Assembly: GCA_040904625.1 (NCBI GenBank)
Contig: JBBDTC010000061.1
Location: forward strand, 1-51,897
Length of the DNA: 51,897 nt
DNA from: Gammaproteobacteria bacterium
GTDB taxonomy: Bacteria; Pseudomonadota; Gammaproteobacteria; Ga0077536
Direction of reading: 5' to 3'
The notes under the pieces were generated by a model. It worked only from the letters and a program-made list of their open reading frames with translations, had not been told where the DNA came from and did no database searches. Positions 12,696 to 23,346 of this stretch are shown here, piece by piece (position 1 is the stretch's first letter; each line of letters opens with the position of its first letter). The translations under genes and the position numbers were made by a program.

Positions 12696-12766
12696 CGCCA
12701 TCCCCGCTGAGCCCCGCTATCCGGCTCGTGTCAGGCGTGCATTCTCGATGCTTGCCCTCTCGTTTA

Positions 12767-13140
12767 CTACAGCGATCGGTGAGACGACTGGGAACCACTG
12801 GTGGAGCCACTGGGACCGACATCTAATTGAGAGACACTCGAGATGATGCCTGTCCTTATTCTCGTGATGTCCCCGCGCGGGTTCGTGACCTGAATCACAC
12901 GCCCCAGATCGTCATACTTATAGGCCGTCGTGAGAGCGAACAAGGTCGGATCAGTCGGTGACGTCGCACGGTACAGGGTTCCGGGCGTCTTGCGGCCCAA
13001 CGAGTCATACGCGAACGTCGTCCGAATCGTCTTGTCAGATCTGCCGTCGCAGTAGCGGACAGATCGAGATCTGTCACGTTCACGATTTCGCCTTGCGTGA
13101 CTGCATTCAAGCGAATCTTGTCCAATGACGTGAACTCTGC
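12767..13140 (-). pseudogene. RHS / YD-repeat protein relic (short, frameshifted fragment)
   Basis: One minus-strand frame reads ...VRYCDGRSDKTIRTTFAYDSLGRKTPGTLY...LTTAYKYDDLGRVIQVTNPRGDIT..., which carries consecutive YD-repeat signatures (xYxYDxxGR). Possible upstream continuation (..LNAVTQGEIVNVTD) lies in a different frame. There is no start codon, N-terminal domain or C-terminal toxin tip. GC looks lower than in the flanks. Confidence 0.55.
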
Positions 13141-13209
13141 ATGGAGCGCGATGTGGGGAAACTGGACCCGATCTGGATTGGATGTCAACCCGCGCGAGCG
13201 CCGGCACCG

Positions 13210-14397
13210 CTATGCAGCGCCGGCCAGGGCCTGCTCGAGATCGGCCATCAAGTCGGCCGCGTCCTCGAGACCGACGGACAGACGCAGCAGGCCTTCGCCG
13301 ACCCCCATGTCGTCGCGCTCGGCCTGGCTCAAGCGCCCATGAGTGGTCGTCGCGGGATGCGTGACGATGCTCTTGGCGTCCCCCAGATTGGCCGTGATCG
13401 AGAACAGGCGCAGATGGTCGACGACATGCCAGGCCTGGCGGCGATCGGCCAGTTCGAAACTGACGATACCGCCGAAGCCGGATTGCTGGCGGGCAGCCAG
13501 TGCATGTTGAGGATGCGTTGCCAACCCCGGGTAATGCACACAGCGGACCAGCGGGTGCGCCGCGAGCCCGGCCGCGATAGCAGCCGCGTTGCGGCTGTGC
13601 CTCTCCATACGGATGGACAGCGTCTCCAGACCCTTGAGAAATACCCAGGCATTGAACGGGCTCATGCTCGGCCCGGCGCTGCGCAGAAAAGGAAAAACCT
13701 TGTCGTCGAGCAGCGCGGCGGGCCCGACGATGGCGCCGCCCAGGCAACGCCCCTGACCATCGAGATATTTCGTTGCCGAATGGATGACGACATCGGCGCC
13801 CAAGGCCAGGGGCCGCTGCAGCACCGGCGTGCAAAAGCAGTTGTCGACCACCAGTCTTACGCCGCGTGCGCGCGCCAACGCGCCGAGTGCTTGCAAATCA
13901 GCAATCTCGGTCAGCGGATTCGAGGGCGTTTCGAGAAACAGCATCCGCGTCGCCGGCGTGATCGCGGCCTCCCAGGCTGCGAGATCGGTCATGTCGACGA
14001 AAGTCGTGCGCACACCGAAACGGGTCAAGATGCTCTTGAACAGCGTGACCGAGGAACCGAAGATGCTGCGCGAAGCGACCACTTCGTCACCGCTGGACAG
14101 CAGTGCCATCACCACGCTCAGTATGGCGCTCATACCCGAGGCGGTCGCGATACAACGTTCGCCGCCCTCGAGCGCGGCGAGACGTTCTTCGAACGCGCGC
14201 ACCGTCGGATTGGTGAAACGACTGTACACATTGCCCGGCTCGTCGCCGGAGAAACGCGCCGCAGCCTGCGCCGCGGACTCGAAACAGAAGCTCGACGTCA
14301 GGAACAGCGCCTCGCTGTGCTCCATCTCGGCGCTGCGCAAGGCACCGGCATGGCAGGCCAAGGTCGCCAAACCATCATCATCGCGGTAATCGTTCAT
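13210..14397 (-). CDS. metZ: O-succinylhomoserine sulfhydrylase (Cys/Met-metabolism PLP enzyme)
   Basis: Preferred ATG at 14397 (MNDYRDDDGLATLACHAG...); the longest ORF extends to 14559. PLP-lysine motif HSATKYLDGQG. The purF-metZ adjacency matches Pseudomonas. Confidence 0.9.
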   Translation of the reverse strand: MNDYRDDDGLATLACHAGALRSAEMEHSEALFLTSSFCFESAAQAAARFSGDEPGNVYSRFTNPTVRAFEERLAALEGGERCIATASGMSAILSVVMALLSSGDEVVASRSIFGSSVTLFKSILTRFGVRTTFVDMTDLAAWEAAITPATRMLFLETPSNPLTEIADLQALGALARARGVRLVVDNCFCTPVLQRPLALGADVVIHSATKYLDGQGRCLGGAIVGPAALLDDKVFPFLRSAGPSMSPFNAWVFLKGLETLSIRMERHSRNAAAIAAGLAAHPLVRCVHYPGLATHPQHALAARQQSGFGGIVSFELADRRQAWHVVDHLRLFSITANLGDAKSIVTHPATTTHGRLSQAERDDMGVGEGLLRLSVGLEDAADLMADLEQALAGAA

Positions 14398-14631
14398 TTC
14401 CAAGAACCCACCATTGCTATGCGGCCCGCCACGCAAGGGCGGCAGAACGCTCTGGAAGACTGGTAGCAGGCAGGCGGAAACGACCCGCAGCCATGCTTCC
14501 CGACGGCGGGCGTGCATCGCTTTAGCGGAATTTCTTCGGCGCCCGCAAGCTGATTTCAAATCGGCGCAAAATGCAGCGCTACCCTAATCGAGGCGGGCGC
14601 AGGCTGTCAATTCAACCGCCGCGCGCGGCGC

Positions 14632-16161
14632 TCAGACGTCAGCAGCGGCGCCGCTGGACGTGAACAGATCCTGCAAGGAATCCTCGTCGCGGTCACGACG
14701 CTCTTTGGCGCCATCGGAACGCGAGCGGCTGACCTGGTCGAGATATTTGGCACTGACGTCGCCGGTGACGTAGTCGCCGCTGAAGCACGACTGCTCGAAC
14801 TCGGTCACGCGCGGATTGCCCCGGCGCGCGGCATCGATGAGCGCCTCTAGATCCTGGAAGATCAGGCGGTCGGCACCGATCAGGCGGCAGATTTCCTCCT
14901 CATTGCGATTATGCGCGATGAGTTCGTCGCTGGTCGGCATATCGATGCCGTAGACATTGGGGTAGCGCACCGGAGGTGCCGCCGATGCGAAGTAGACGCG
15001 TCGCGCACCCGCTTCTCGCGCCATTTCGATAATCTGACCGGAAGTGGTGCCGCGCACGATCGAGTCATCGACCAGCAGGACGTTCTTGCCTTCGAATTCC
15101 AGGCCGATGGCGTTCAGTTTCTGGCGTACCGACTTACGCCGCAGTGCCTGCCCCGGCATGATGAAGGTACGCGGAATGTAGCGATTCTTGATGAACCCTT
15201 CGCGATACTTCACGTCGAGCGCATTGGCGAGTTCGAGTGCCGCCGTGCGGGCAGTATCCGGTATGGGAATCACGACATCGATATCGTGCACCGGCCAGTC
15301 GCGTGCGATCTTCTCGGCCAGCGCCTCACCCATGCGCATGCGCGCCTTGTGTACCGAGATGCCATCGATGATGGAATCCGGCCGAGCGAAGTAAACGTGC
15401 TCGAATATGCACGGCGCATGGTGGCCGACCGCGGCACACAAACGGGTATGCAATTCGCCATGCTTGCTGATGAACACGACCTCGCCGGGTGCCAGGTCGC
15501 GGATCAATTCGAAGCCCAGAGCATCGATGGCAACACTCTCGGACGCCACCATGTACTCGTCACCCTCGGCGGTCCGGCGACGGCCGAAAACGATGGGGCG
15601 GATCCCGAACGGATCGCGGAAGGCCACGATGCCAACCCCCGTTATCATCGCCACCACGGCGTAGGCGCCCGCGCAGCGTTCATGCAATCGGGCGACGGCA
15701 GAGAAGATGTCCTCGGCGTCTATGCGCAGCTTGCCGCGGCGCTGGAGTTCGTGGGCAAACACGTTCAGCAGAACTTCGGAATCCGATTCGGTATTGATAT
15801 GGCGCAGTTCGTCTTCGAACAGCTCCTGCTTGAGACGATTCGAGTTCGTCAGATTGCCGTTGTGGGCGAGTGTGATGCCATACGGCGAGTTGACGTAGAA
15901 CGGCTGTGCTTCAGCGCTCGAAGACATGCCGGCGGTGGGATAGCGCACGTGGCCCACGCCCATGCGACCGCGCAGGTTGAGCATGTGGCGCGTATGGAAA
16001 ACGTCGCGCACCAGCCCGTTGGATTTGCGCAGGAACAGACGTCCGTCATCGTATGTAGCGATGCCGGCGGCATCCTGCCCGCGGTGCTGCAAGACCGTGA
16101 GGCCGTCGTAGATCATTTGATTGACCGCACTCCGGGCCACGATACCTATGATTCCACACAC
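14632..16161 (-). CDS. purF: amidophosphoribosyltransferase
   Basis: 509 aa. N-terminal nucleophile MCGIIGI plus a PRPP-binding region [13 protein letters not shown]. Confidence 0.98.
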   Translation of the reverse strand: MCGIIGIVARSAVNQMIYDGLTVLQHRGQDAAGIATYDDGRLFLRKSNGLVRDVFHTRHMLNLRGRMGVGHVRYPTAGMSSSAEAQPFYVNSPYGITLAHNGNLTNSNRLKQELFEDELRHINTESDSEVLLNVFAHELQRRGKLRIDAEDIFSAVARLHERCAGAYAVVAMITGVGIVAFRDPFGIRPIVFGRRRTAEGDEYMVASESVAIDALGFELIRDLAPGEVVFISKHGELHTRLCAAVGHHAPCIFEHVYFARPDSIIDGISVHKARMRMGEALAEKIARDWPVHDIDVVIPIPDTARTAALELANALDVKYREGFIKNRYIPRTFIMPGQALRRKSVRQKLNAIGLEFEGKNVLLVDDSIVRGTTSGQIIEMAREAGARRVYFASAAPPVRYPNVYGIDMPTSDELIAHNRNEEEICRLIGADRLIFQDLEALIDAARRGNPRVTEFEQSCFSGDYVTGDVSAKYLDQVSRSRSDGAKERRDRDEDSLQDLFTSSGAAADV

Positions 16162-16176
16162 GTCAGTTCACCCGTG

Positions 16177-16665
16177 TCAGAAGCTGAAATTCTTCGCCAG
16201 ATCGGGCGGCAGCCAGCGCAGCACGTAAATGGCCGCGTTCTCGAATGGCACTATGGCGCGCGATTCGGCCCACCAGGGTTGCGCCGGCAGCGGTGTCAAA
16301 CCCGCCAGCAGGACGGCGATGCCGACTATCGCCGCGCCGCGGGTGGCGCCGAACAATGCACCGAGCATTCGATCGGTACCGCTCAGACCGGTACGCGAAA
16401 TCAGTTTGGCGATCACAAGATTGACGAGGCCCGCCGCGATCAAAGTCACGATCATCACGGCGATGAAGGCTATTACCATGCGCAAGGTCGCGATATCGAT
16501 ATAGGGTTCGAGCACAACGCTGGCCGGTGCAGCGAATGCAGCTGCAACCCAGAAGGCGGCGACCCAGGCTACCAGCGACAGCACCTCGCGCACGAATCCA
16601 CGCACCAGACTGATCACGATCGAGACCACGACGACGAGCAGAATGAGAATGTCCGCCCAGTTCAT
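16177..16665 (-). CDS. cvpA: CvpA family membrane protein (colicin V production protein)
   Basis: 162 aa with four hydrophobic helices. Conserved position upstream of purF. Confidence 0.9.
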   Translation of the reverse strand: MNWADILILLVVVVSIVISLVRGFVREVLSLVAWVAAFWVAAAFAAPASVVLEPYIDIATLRMVIAFIAVMIVTLIAAGLVNLVIAKLISRTGLSGTDRMLGALFGATRGAAIVGIAVLLAGLTPLPAQPWWAESRAIVPFENAAIYVLRWLPPDLAKNFSF

Positions 16666-16748
16666 AGCGCGGCTGGTCCAGGTGGGAGGTGCGAGTGTAA
16701 CAAAGCTGCCGCGGCATCAGAACCGCGGCACGCCCCAGGCCATTACGG

Positions 16749-17408
16749 TCAAGGTGCACGGAGGATCAGGCCGGGAAGGTCGAAGCGATCGGCCAGTTGG
16801 GCGCGCAGGCGCGCTGCGGCAGCCCGATCAGGCTCCGGTCCGACGCGCACCTTGTGGGCGGTGCCGCCCTGTTCCTGGCGCCTTTCGATAAAAGCCGAAA
16901 AGCCCGCTGCACGAAGTTTTTCGGCGAGACGGGTCGCATTATTCTGTTCGCTGAAACTGCCGACCTGGACCACCCATTGCGGCGCACTGTCCGCAGCGGT
17001 GGGGGGTTGCGCCGGCGGCGGCGGCGCAGTCGCTGTCGCAGGCGCCTGCCGCAGCGGCGGCTCGAAGGGTACGGGCGCCTCCTCGGGCGCCGCGGTTTCG
17101 GCGCGGGGCGGCGGTGCCGGTGGCGCAACTGATGCCGGCGGCAAAGCATCCTGCGGGGTATCGGGCACGGCTGCGTCATCGGCGCGAATCTCGACGCGCT
17201 GCTCGCTCAGCACCTCCAGGGCGTCCATTTCGTGGTCGTCGATCGGCGCGACCGGGCTGACGAATTCGCGCGCGGGCGGCGAGACCGGCACGACTTCGGG
17301 CAGTTCTGTCGGGTGGGGGCGCTGGTCGAGAAAAAGCGGGATGAATATCACCCCCAGCACCACCAGTACGGCCGCACCGACCACTCGCTGCTTGAGCTGT
17401 CGATCCAT
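16749..17408 (-). CDS. dedD: SPOR-domain cell division protein (DedD-like)
   Basis: 219 aa. N-terminal TM helix, Pro/Ala-rich linker and C-terminal SPOR domain (WVVQVGSFSEQNNATRLAEKLRAAGF). The folC-dedD-cvpA order is conserved. Confidence 0.8.
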   Translation of the reverse strand: MDRQLKQRVVGAAVLVVLGVIFIPLFLDQRPHPTELPEVVPVSPPAREFVSPVAPIDDHEMDALEVLSEQRVEIRADDAAVPDTPQDALPPASVAPPAPPPRAETAAPEEAPVPFEPPLRQAPATATAPPPPAQPPTAADSAPQWVVQVGSFSEQNNATRLAEKLRAAGFSAFIERRQEQGGTAHKVRVGPEPDRAAAARLRAQLADRFDLPGLILRAP

Positions 17409-17409
17409 G

Positions 17410-18747
17410 TCAGCCGGTGTCGCTCCGATTGGCGTTGAATATCCGCATCATCGCGCCGACGGTCAGAAACGAACCGAGCACCAGGATACGATCGCCTGGC
17501 CTGGCCTCGGCGAGCAGGGCCGCGTGTGCCTGCACCACACTGCCATGACAGCTCGTCCGGGTGCGCGGCGCCAGGCCTGTCAGTGCGTTTGCGAGGTCCT
17601 GTGCACGCGCGCCATTGGTCCCCGGCAGATCGGCGAAATACCAGCCGTCGACCAACGGCACCAGCGGCCGCAAGAATTCGCGATGGTTCTTGGTTCGCAG
17701 CATTCCGATGAGTGCCAGCGTACGCCCGGCCGCCGGCGCAGGCGCCAGAGCGGCGGTAAAGATTGCGGCCGCCTGAGGATTGTGTGCGACGTCGAGGATG
17801 TATTCGTGGGCTTCGTGCAAACGCTGGAAACGGCCGTTCAGGATGAACTCCCGCAAGCCACGGTCGATCGCCGCGCGGGCGATCGGCAAATGGGCCTGCA
17901 GTATCTCGACGACGGCCAGCACGCCAGCCGCGTTACGAAACTGATGCACCCCATACAGCGCCGGTAGCGGCAGGTTCTCGTACACGGTCGCACTGTCCCA
18001 CCAGGTCCAGTCGGCCTCACCGATCTCGAAGCCATAGTCGACGCCGAGCACAGCGAGCTGTGCGCCGCTCTGTGCCGCATAGGCGGTAAGGGTTTCAGGC
18101 ACGGCATGATCCGAACACACCGCCGGCCTGTTCGACCGCATGATACCGCCCTTCTCCAGCGCGATCTGCTCGCGGGTCGTGCCCAGCCAGTCTTCATGGT
18201 CGATACCGATGGCGGTGATCAGCGCCACATCCGCATCGATGATGTTGACCGCATCGAGGCGCCCCCCCAGGCCGACTTCGAGTATGACGACGTCGAGCTC
18301 CGCGTGGCTGAAGATGATCAGGGCCGCCAGGGTGGCGAACTCGAAATAGGTCAAGGGCACTTGTGCGCGAGCAGCTTCGACAGCGGCGAATGCGCCGCAG
18401 ATGGCACGATCGTCAACGGCCTGGCCGCCGATCCGGATGCGCTCGTTGTAACGAATGAGATGCGGTGAGGTATAGGTGCCGACGCGGTAGCCCGCGCTGT
18501 GCCAGATACTCTCCAACAGCGCGACGCTCGAGCCCTTGCCGTTGGTACCGGCGACGGTCACCACCTGTGCCGCCGGCCGACCCAGCCGCAATCGTGCCGC
18601 CACTTCCTGGCAGCGCTCCAGGCCGAGATCGATATGCTCCCCGCGTCCGGCTTCGAGCCAGCTCAACCACGCGTCCAGCGTCCCGTCCGCGGCAGGAGCA
18701 GGCGCGGGATCCTGGGCCAGCACGCCCTGTCCTCCCGCTGCGATCAT
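17410..18747 (-). CDS. folC: bifunctional folylpolyglutamate synthase / dihydrofolate synthase
   Basis: 445 aa. P-loop [13 protein letters not shown] start/stop overlap with accD at 18744-18747. Confidence 0.93.
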   Translation of the reverse strand: MIAAGGQGVLAQDPAPAPAADGTLDAWLSWLEAGRGEHIDLGLERCQEVAARLRLGRPAAQVVTVAGTNGKGSSVALLESIWHSAGYRVGTYTSPHLIRYNERIRIGGQAVDDRAICGAFAAVEAARAQVPLTYFEFATLAALIIFSHAELDVVILEVGLGGRLDAVNIIDADVALITAIGIDHEDWLGTTREQIALEKGGIMRSNRPAVCSDHAVPETLTAYAAQSGAQLAVLGVDYGFEIGEADWTWWDSATVYENLPLPALYGVHQFRNAAGVLAVVEILQAHLPIARAAIDRGLREFILNGRFQRLHEAHEYILDVAHNPQAAAIFTAALAPAPAAGRTLALIGMLRTKNHREFLRPLVPLVDGWYFADLPGTNGARAQDLANALTGLAPRTRTSCHGSVVQAHAALLAEARPGDRILVLGSFLTVGAMMRIFNANRSDTG

Positions 18748-19652
18748 GCGGTGATGTCATCCACCGGTTGGTCTTCGGCGGATTGCGCCTGTGCAGGCAG
18801 GCGGTGCAGGAGTGTCGACAGGATCGATGCGATCGTATCCTTCATCTCGCGCCGATCGACGATCATGTCGATCGCCCCATGCTCGAGCAGGAACTCGCTG
18901 CGCTGGAATCCTTCGGGCAACACCTGGTGGACGGTCTGTTCGATTACCCGGGGCCCGGCGAAACCAATCAGCGCACCCGGTTCGGCGATGATGATGTCGC
19001 CCAGCGTGCCGAGGCTCGCCGATACACCGCCGGTGGTGGGGTCGGTCAGCACCACAATATAGGGCAGGCGCGCCTCACGCATTTCGGCGATGGCCGCGCT
19101 GGTCTTGGCCATCTGCATCAGCGAGACCAGCGCCTCCTGCATCCGGGCGCCGCCGCTGGCGCAGAAGCACACCAGCGGCAGGCGCGCCTCGCAGCAGCGG
19201 CGTGCCGCGCGCAAGAAGCGTTCGCCGACTACCGAGCCCATCGAACCACCCATGAAACCGAACTCGAAGGCGGCTACTACCACGGGCTGAGCGTGCACGG
19301 TACCCTCCATCACGATCAAGGCATCGCTCTCCCCGGTGGCCTTCTGGGCGGCATTGATGCGGTCGCGGTAACGCTTGGTGTCCTTGAACTTCAGAAAATC
19401 GACGGGGCCGATGTCGCCGCCGATTTCGCGCCCCGTTCCGCCATCGAGAAAACGTGCCAAACGGCGTCTGGCATTGATTCGCAGGTGATGACCGCACTTG
19501 ATGCAGACGTCGTTGTTACGTTCGAGTTCGGCGCGATAGATGACCGCCTTGCACTCAGGGCAACTCGTCCACAGACCTTCCGGAATCGAACGTTTCCCGG
19601 CCGATCCCTGGGTACGAATACTGGCGGGGATGAGGCGTTTGAACCAATTCAA
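18744..19652 (-). CDS. accD: acetyl-CoA carboxylase carboxyltransferase subunit beta
   Basis: 302 aa. N-terminal zinc ribbon [26 protein letters not shown]. Confidence 0.96.
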   Translation of the reverse strand: MNWFKRLIPASIRTQGSAGKRSIPEGLWTSCPECKAVIYRAELERNNDVCIKCGHHLRINARRRLARFLDGGTGREIGGDIGPVDFLKFKDTKRYRDRINAAQKATGESDALIVMEGTVHAQPVVVAAFEFGFMGGSMGSVVGERFLRAARRCCEARLPLVCFCASGGARMQEALVSLMQMAKTSAAIAEMREARLPYIVVLTDPTTGGVSASLGTLGDIIIAEPGALIGFAGPRVIEQTVHQVLPEGFQRSEFLLEHGAIDMIVDRREMKDTIASILSTLLHRLPAQAQSAEDQPVDDITA

Positions 19653-19671
19653 GCTGTTTCCTCCCCACCGC

Positions 19672-20520
19672 TCAGGCAGCGTCCGCCTGGCTGTCGATGG
19701 CCGCGCGCAGATCGGCGACCAGGCTCTCGATTTTCTGCTCCAACGCCGTCATCTCGCCGCCTTGCTCGATGACTTCGACAATCGCGCTGCCGATAATCAC
19801 GGCATCGGCAATGGCCGCCGCACGCGCCGCGGTTTCCGGCGTACGTATGCCAAAACCGATGCCGACCGGAATACCGGCGAACTGCCGAGTGAGTTCGATG
19901 CGCGCAGCTATTTCCTCGAGCGCGGCGGCCTTGCCCCCGGTCACGCCCTTGACCGACACGAAGTAGACGAAGCCTGATGCGGCCTCGCACACTTTGTGCA
20001 TGCGGCTCTCCGGCGAATTCGGAGCGACGAGGAAAATCTGATCGAGGGCCGCCGAGGTCAGCGCCCGATTGAAATCGGTAGCCTCTTCAGGCGGCAGATC
20101 GACGACCAGAACACCATCGACGCCCACCTCTGCGGCCCGCGCCGCGAAGCGTGCTGCACCCATGTGCTCGTAGGGGTTCAGATACCCCATCAACACCACC
20201 GGCGTGCTCCTATCGGCTTGCCTGAATTCGGCCACACAATTGAGCACATCGTCGAGATTCGTACCATGCGCGAGTGCCCGTTCACTGGCACGCTGAATCA
20301 CTTCCCCGTCGGCCATGGGATCGGAGAACGGCACGCCGAGTTCTATGACGTCCGCGCCACCGCGGACCAGGGCATGCATGAGCACGGGTGTCGCCGACAC
20401 CGTGGGATCGCCAGCCGTGACGAAAGTGATGAGGCCTTTGCGGCCGCTCGTCGCAAGTGCGGCGAAACGCCGGGCAATGCGGCCATCGGCCGATTTGCTT
20501 GCGCTGCTGTCGGTACTCAC
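19672..20520 (-). CDS. trpA: tryptophan synthase alpha chain
   Basis: 282 aa. Motif [17 protein letters not shown]. Overlaps trpB by 4 nt. Confidence 0.96.
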   Translation of the reverse strand: MSTDSSASKSADGRIARRFAALATSGRKGLITFVTAGDPTVSATPVLMHALVRGGADVIELGVPFSDPMADGEVIQRASERALAHGTNLDDVLNCVAEFRQADRSTPVVLMGYLNPYEHMGAARFAARAAEVGVDGVLVVDLPPEEATDFNRALTSAALDQIFLVAPNSPESRMHKVCEAASGFVYFVSVKGVTGGKAAALEEIAARIELTRQFAGIPVGIGFGIRTPETAARAAAIADAVIIGSAIVEVIEQGGEMTALEQKIESLVADLRAAIDSQADAA

Positions 20521-21755
20521 AGCGTAATGCCCTTGAGCGCTGCAACCGTCTGGATGTCTTTGTCACCCCGTCCGGACAGATTGACGACGATCGTCTGATC
20601 CGGCGACATCTCGCGAGCCAACTGCTCAGCATAGGCCAGCGCATGGCTCGATTCGAGCGCCGGAATGATGCCCTCCAGATGAGTCAGCCGTTCGAACGCG
20701 ACAAGAGCCTGTTCATCGGTGACCGAGGTGTAGCAGGCGCGGCCGCTGTCCTTCAACCAGGCGTGTTCCGGTCCTACTCCCGGATAATCGAGTCCCGCCG
20801 AAATCGAATGAGTGGCATCGATCTGGCCGCATTCGTCCTGCATCAGATAGGTCCGATTGCCATGCAGAACGCCCGGCGTGCCCGCGCTCAGCGGTGCGGA
20901 ATGATGCCCGCTCGCGATACCTTCTCCAGCCGCTTCGACCCCAATCATCTGTACCGACTCGTCGTTGATGAAGGGATAGAACATACCGATGGCGTTCGAG
21001 CCCCCACCGACGCAGGCGATCAGAACGTCCGGCAGCCGCCCCGTGAGTTCGAGGCATTGGCTGCGCGTCTCTCGTCCGATCACCGACTGGAAGTCGCGGA
21101 CCATCGCCGGATAGGGGTGGGGACCCGCGACCGTTCCGATGATATAGAACGTATCGTCGACGTTGCTGACCCAGTCCCGCAGGGCTTCGTTCAGGGCGTC
21201 CTTGAGCGTGCGCGAGCCCGAATGCACGGGGCGCACTTCGGCACCGAGCAGCTTCATGCGAAAGACATTGGGCGATTGGCGCTGAATATCCTCCGCCCCC
21301 ATATAGACACAGCACTGCATGCCGAAACGGGCAGCGACGGTAGCCGTGGCCACCCCGTGCTGGCCTGCGCCGGTCTCGGCAATGACGCGGGGCTTACCCA
21401 TGCGTCGCGCCAACAGCGCCTGGCCCACCGTGTTGTTCACCTTGTGGGCTCCGGTATGGTTCAGATCTTCGCGCTTCAGATAAATCCTGGCCCCACCAAC
21501 CTCGTCGGACCAGCGGCGGGCGAGATACAGCGGCGACGGCCGCCCGACGAAATGGCGCAAATCATAGTCGAGTTCGGCCAGGAACTCCGGATCGTTCAGG
21601 TAGCGCTGGTACGCCGCCTCGAGCTCGATCAAGGGCTCCATGAGGGTTTCGGCAACGAAACGTCCGCCGTAAGGTCCGAAATGGCCGCTGGCATCGGGAA
21701 ATGCGGTCTCACGGCCGAGTCCGCTTCGAGCGCGTTGTTCAGGTATGGCATTCAA
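20517..21755 (-). CDS. trpB: tryptophan synthase beta chain
   Basis: PLP-lysine motif [11 protein letters not shown]. The longest ORF reaches 21872 and would overlap trpF by about 130 nt. I prefer the in-frame TTG at 21755 ([11 protein letters not shown]..., about 412 aa), which overlaps trpF by only 17 nt. The start is not certain. Confidence 0.94.
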   Translation of the reverse strand: MNAIPEQRARSGLGRETAFPDASGHFGPYGGRFVAETLMEPLIELEAAYQRYLNDPEFLAELDYDLRHFVGRPSPLYLARRWSDEVGGARIYLKREDLNHTGAHKVNNTVGQALLARRMGKPRVIAETGAGQHGVATATVAARFGMQCCVYMGAEDIQRQSPNVFRMKLLGAEVRPVHSGSRTLKDALNEALRDWVSNVDDTFYIIGTVAGPHPYPAMVRDFQSVIGRETRSQCLELTGRLPDVLIACVGGGSNAIGMFYPFINDESVQMIGVEAAGEGIASGHHSAPLSAGTPGVLHGNRTYLMQDECGQIDATHSISAGLDYPGVGPEHAWLKDSGRACYTSVTDEQALVAFERLTHLEGIIPALESSHALAYAEQLAREMSPDQTIVVNLSGRGDKDIQTVAALKGITL

Positions 21756-22368
21756 CGTTGTGCACCTCGGTAACGAATTTCTGCATTTTTTCACGGTCCT
21801 TGAGGCCCTTGGCAGCCTCGATACCGCCACTGACATCAACCGCGAACGGTCGCGTCCGGCGGATAGCCTCACTCACGTTTTCCGGCGTGAGGCCGCCGGC
21901 GAGGATGAGGGGGCGGCCCAGTTCCGCCGGCACCCGGGCCCAATCGAAAGTATTTCCGCTGCCTCCGTAGACGGTCTTGTCCCACGCATCGAGGAGTATG
22001 GCCGCGGCGCCCGCATAACCCCGGGTCGCAGCGGCAATGTCCGTGTGCGCCTGGACACGAATGGCCTTGATCCAGGCGCGCGGGGCATCGCGGCAGGCGG
22101 CGGGAGTCTCGTCGCCGTGGAACTGCACCACATCGATGCCGGTTTGGGCGATGGTCTCACGAAGCGTCGCCGCGGGCGCGTTGACGAACAAACCGACCTT
22201 GCAGACCAGCGGCGGCAGGCGTTCGATGATCGCGGCCGCCACAGCCGGCGTGACATGACGCGGACTCGCCGCGTGGAACACGAAACCCAGCGCATCGACG
22301 CCTAGCGCCACCGCGGCCAAGGCATCGTCCACATTGGTGATGCCGCAAAACTTGATCCGCACCCGCAT
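21739..22368 (-). CDS. trpF: phosphoribosylanthranilate isomerase
   Basis: Preferred ATG at 22368 ([11 protein letters not shown]...); the longest ORF reaches 22404. Confidence 0.93.
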   Translation of the reverse strand: MRVRIKFCGITNVDDALAAVALGVDALGFVFHAASPRHVTPAVAAAIIERLPPLVCKVGLFVNAPAATLRETIAQTGIDVVQFHGDETPAACRDAPRAWIKAIRVQAHTDIAAATRGYAGAAAILLDAWDKTVYGGSGNTFDWARVPAELGRPLILAGGLTPENVSEAIRRTRPFAVDVSGGIEAAKGLKDREKMQKFVTEVHNVECHT

Positions 22369-22452
22369 CCGCGTCAGTCCAGCAGCCTCATGCCCATCCG
22401 TCAACCGGCGATTATCCCACCTACGGCCGTCGACAGATAGCGCAGCGGGCGA

Positions 22453-23259
22453 TCAACCCCAGGCGCGTCCGGCATAGGCAGCCAGAATCGGGATGGTCGA
22501 GGGTGGTGGCGGCAAGTCGAATTCAGGCGGATAACGCACCGCGCCGAGATAGAGGCCATGGGGTGGCGCGGTTACCCCCCCGCGCTCCCGCGCACGGTAT
22601 TCGAGCACCTCGCGCGCCCAATCGGGTTCATGCTGACCGCGGCCAATCTGCATCAGCACGCCGGCAAAATTGCGCACCATGTGATGCAGGAAAGCATTGG
22701 CTTCGACAGTCACCACGATCAGGCCGTCACGTTCGGCAACCGTACACTGATGGACGGTTCGAACCGGATGTCGCGCCTGGCAAGCCTGCGCCCGAAACGA
22801 GGAGAAATCGTGCTCGCCGAGCCAATGCCGCGCCGCTTGCTGCATCCGTTCACAGTCGAGCGCACGACATTCCCACGAAACCCTGCCGTGCCAGACCCCG
22901 GGACGGGCCTCCCGGTTGCAGATGAGATAGTGGTAAAGGCGACTGGTCGCACTGAAACGGGCGTGGAATCGTGGCGGGACCGGGCGCGCCCAGGAGACGC
23001 TGACGTCGTCCGGCAGGTTGGTGTTCGCGCCGAGCACCCACGACCGCGCCGACCTTTCGGCATGGGTCTCGAAATGGGCGACCTGGTAGAGCGCGTGCAC
23101 GCCACTGTCGGTGCGCCCGGCACAGCTGACGCTGACGGCGTGGTCGGCCACCCGCGACAGCGCCTGCTCGATCTCTTGCTGGACAGTCCGCACGCCGTGC
23201 TGGCGTTGCCAGCCCTGGAACGCCGTGCCGTCGTACTCGATTCCCAAGGCTATTCGCAT
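22453..23259 (-). CDS. truA: tRNA pseudouridine(38-40) synthase
   Basis: Preferred ATG at 23259 (MRIALGIEYDGTAFQGWQRQ). Catalytic Asp motif GRTDSGVHA. The longest ORF reaches 23292. Confidence 0.95.
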   Translation of the reverse strand: MRIALGIEYDGTAFQGWQRQHGVRTVQQEIEQALSRVADHAVSVSCAGRTDSGVHALYQVAHFETHAERSARSWVLGANTNLPDDVSVSWARPVPPRFHARFSATSRLYHYLICNREARPGVWHGRVSWECRALDCERMQQAARHWLGEHDFSSFRAQACQARHPVRTVHQCTVAERDGLIVVTVEANAFLHHMVRNFAGVLMQIGRGQHEPDWAREVLEYRARERGGVTAPPHGLYLGAVRYPPEFDLPPPPSTIPILAAYAGRAWG

Positions 23260-23346
23260 GACGATGATGCGCTCCGGCGAGCGCGGCCGCACAGCGGCGC
23301 TATCATGGCAGCGCCGCGATCGCCCTTCGAGGCTCCCGTGAGCGAA

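Noticed and set aside
12767-13834. 355-aa minus-strand ORF
   Set aside because: Most of it is an out-of-frame reading across the 3' half of metZ. Only the last about 100 codons, the YD-repeat relic, appear meaningful.
13210-14559. N-terminal extensions of longest ORFs (metZ shown here; also trpB, trpF, truA, leuB, dapC, glmM, dnaJ, fur, bamE, recN, the SIMPL gene and the peroxiredoxin)
   Set aside because: The extensions are Arg/Pro/Ala-rich and often overlap the upstream gene. The conserved family N-termini begin at internal ATG, GTG or TTG codons with better RBS context, and I chose those internal starts.
14911-17967. 1018-aa plus-strand ORF spanning the antisense of purF, cvpA, dedD and folC
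   Set aside because: It lies entirely opposite four well-supported genes. Its composition is extremely Arg/Ala/Gly/His-rich with no recognisable domain. Long stop-free antisense frames are expected in GC-rich DNA.
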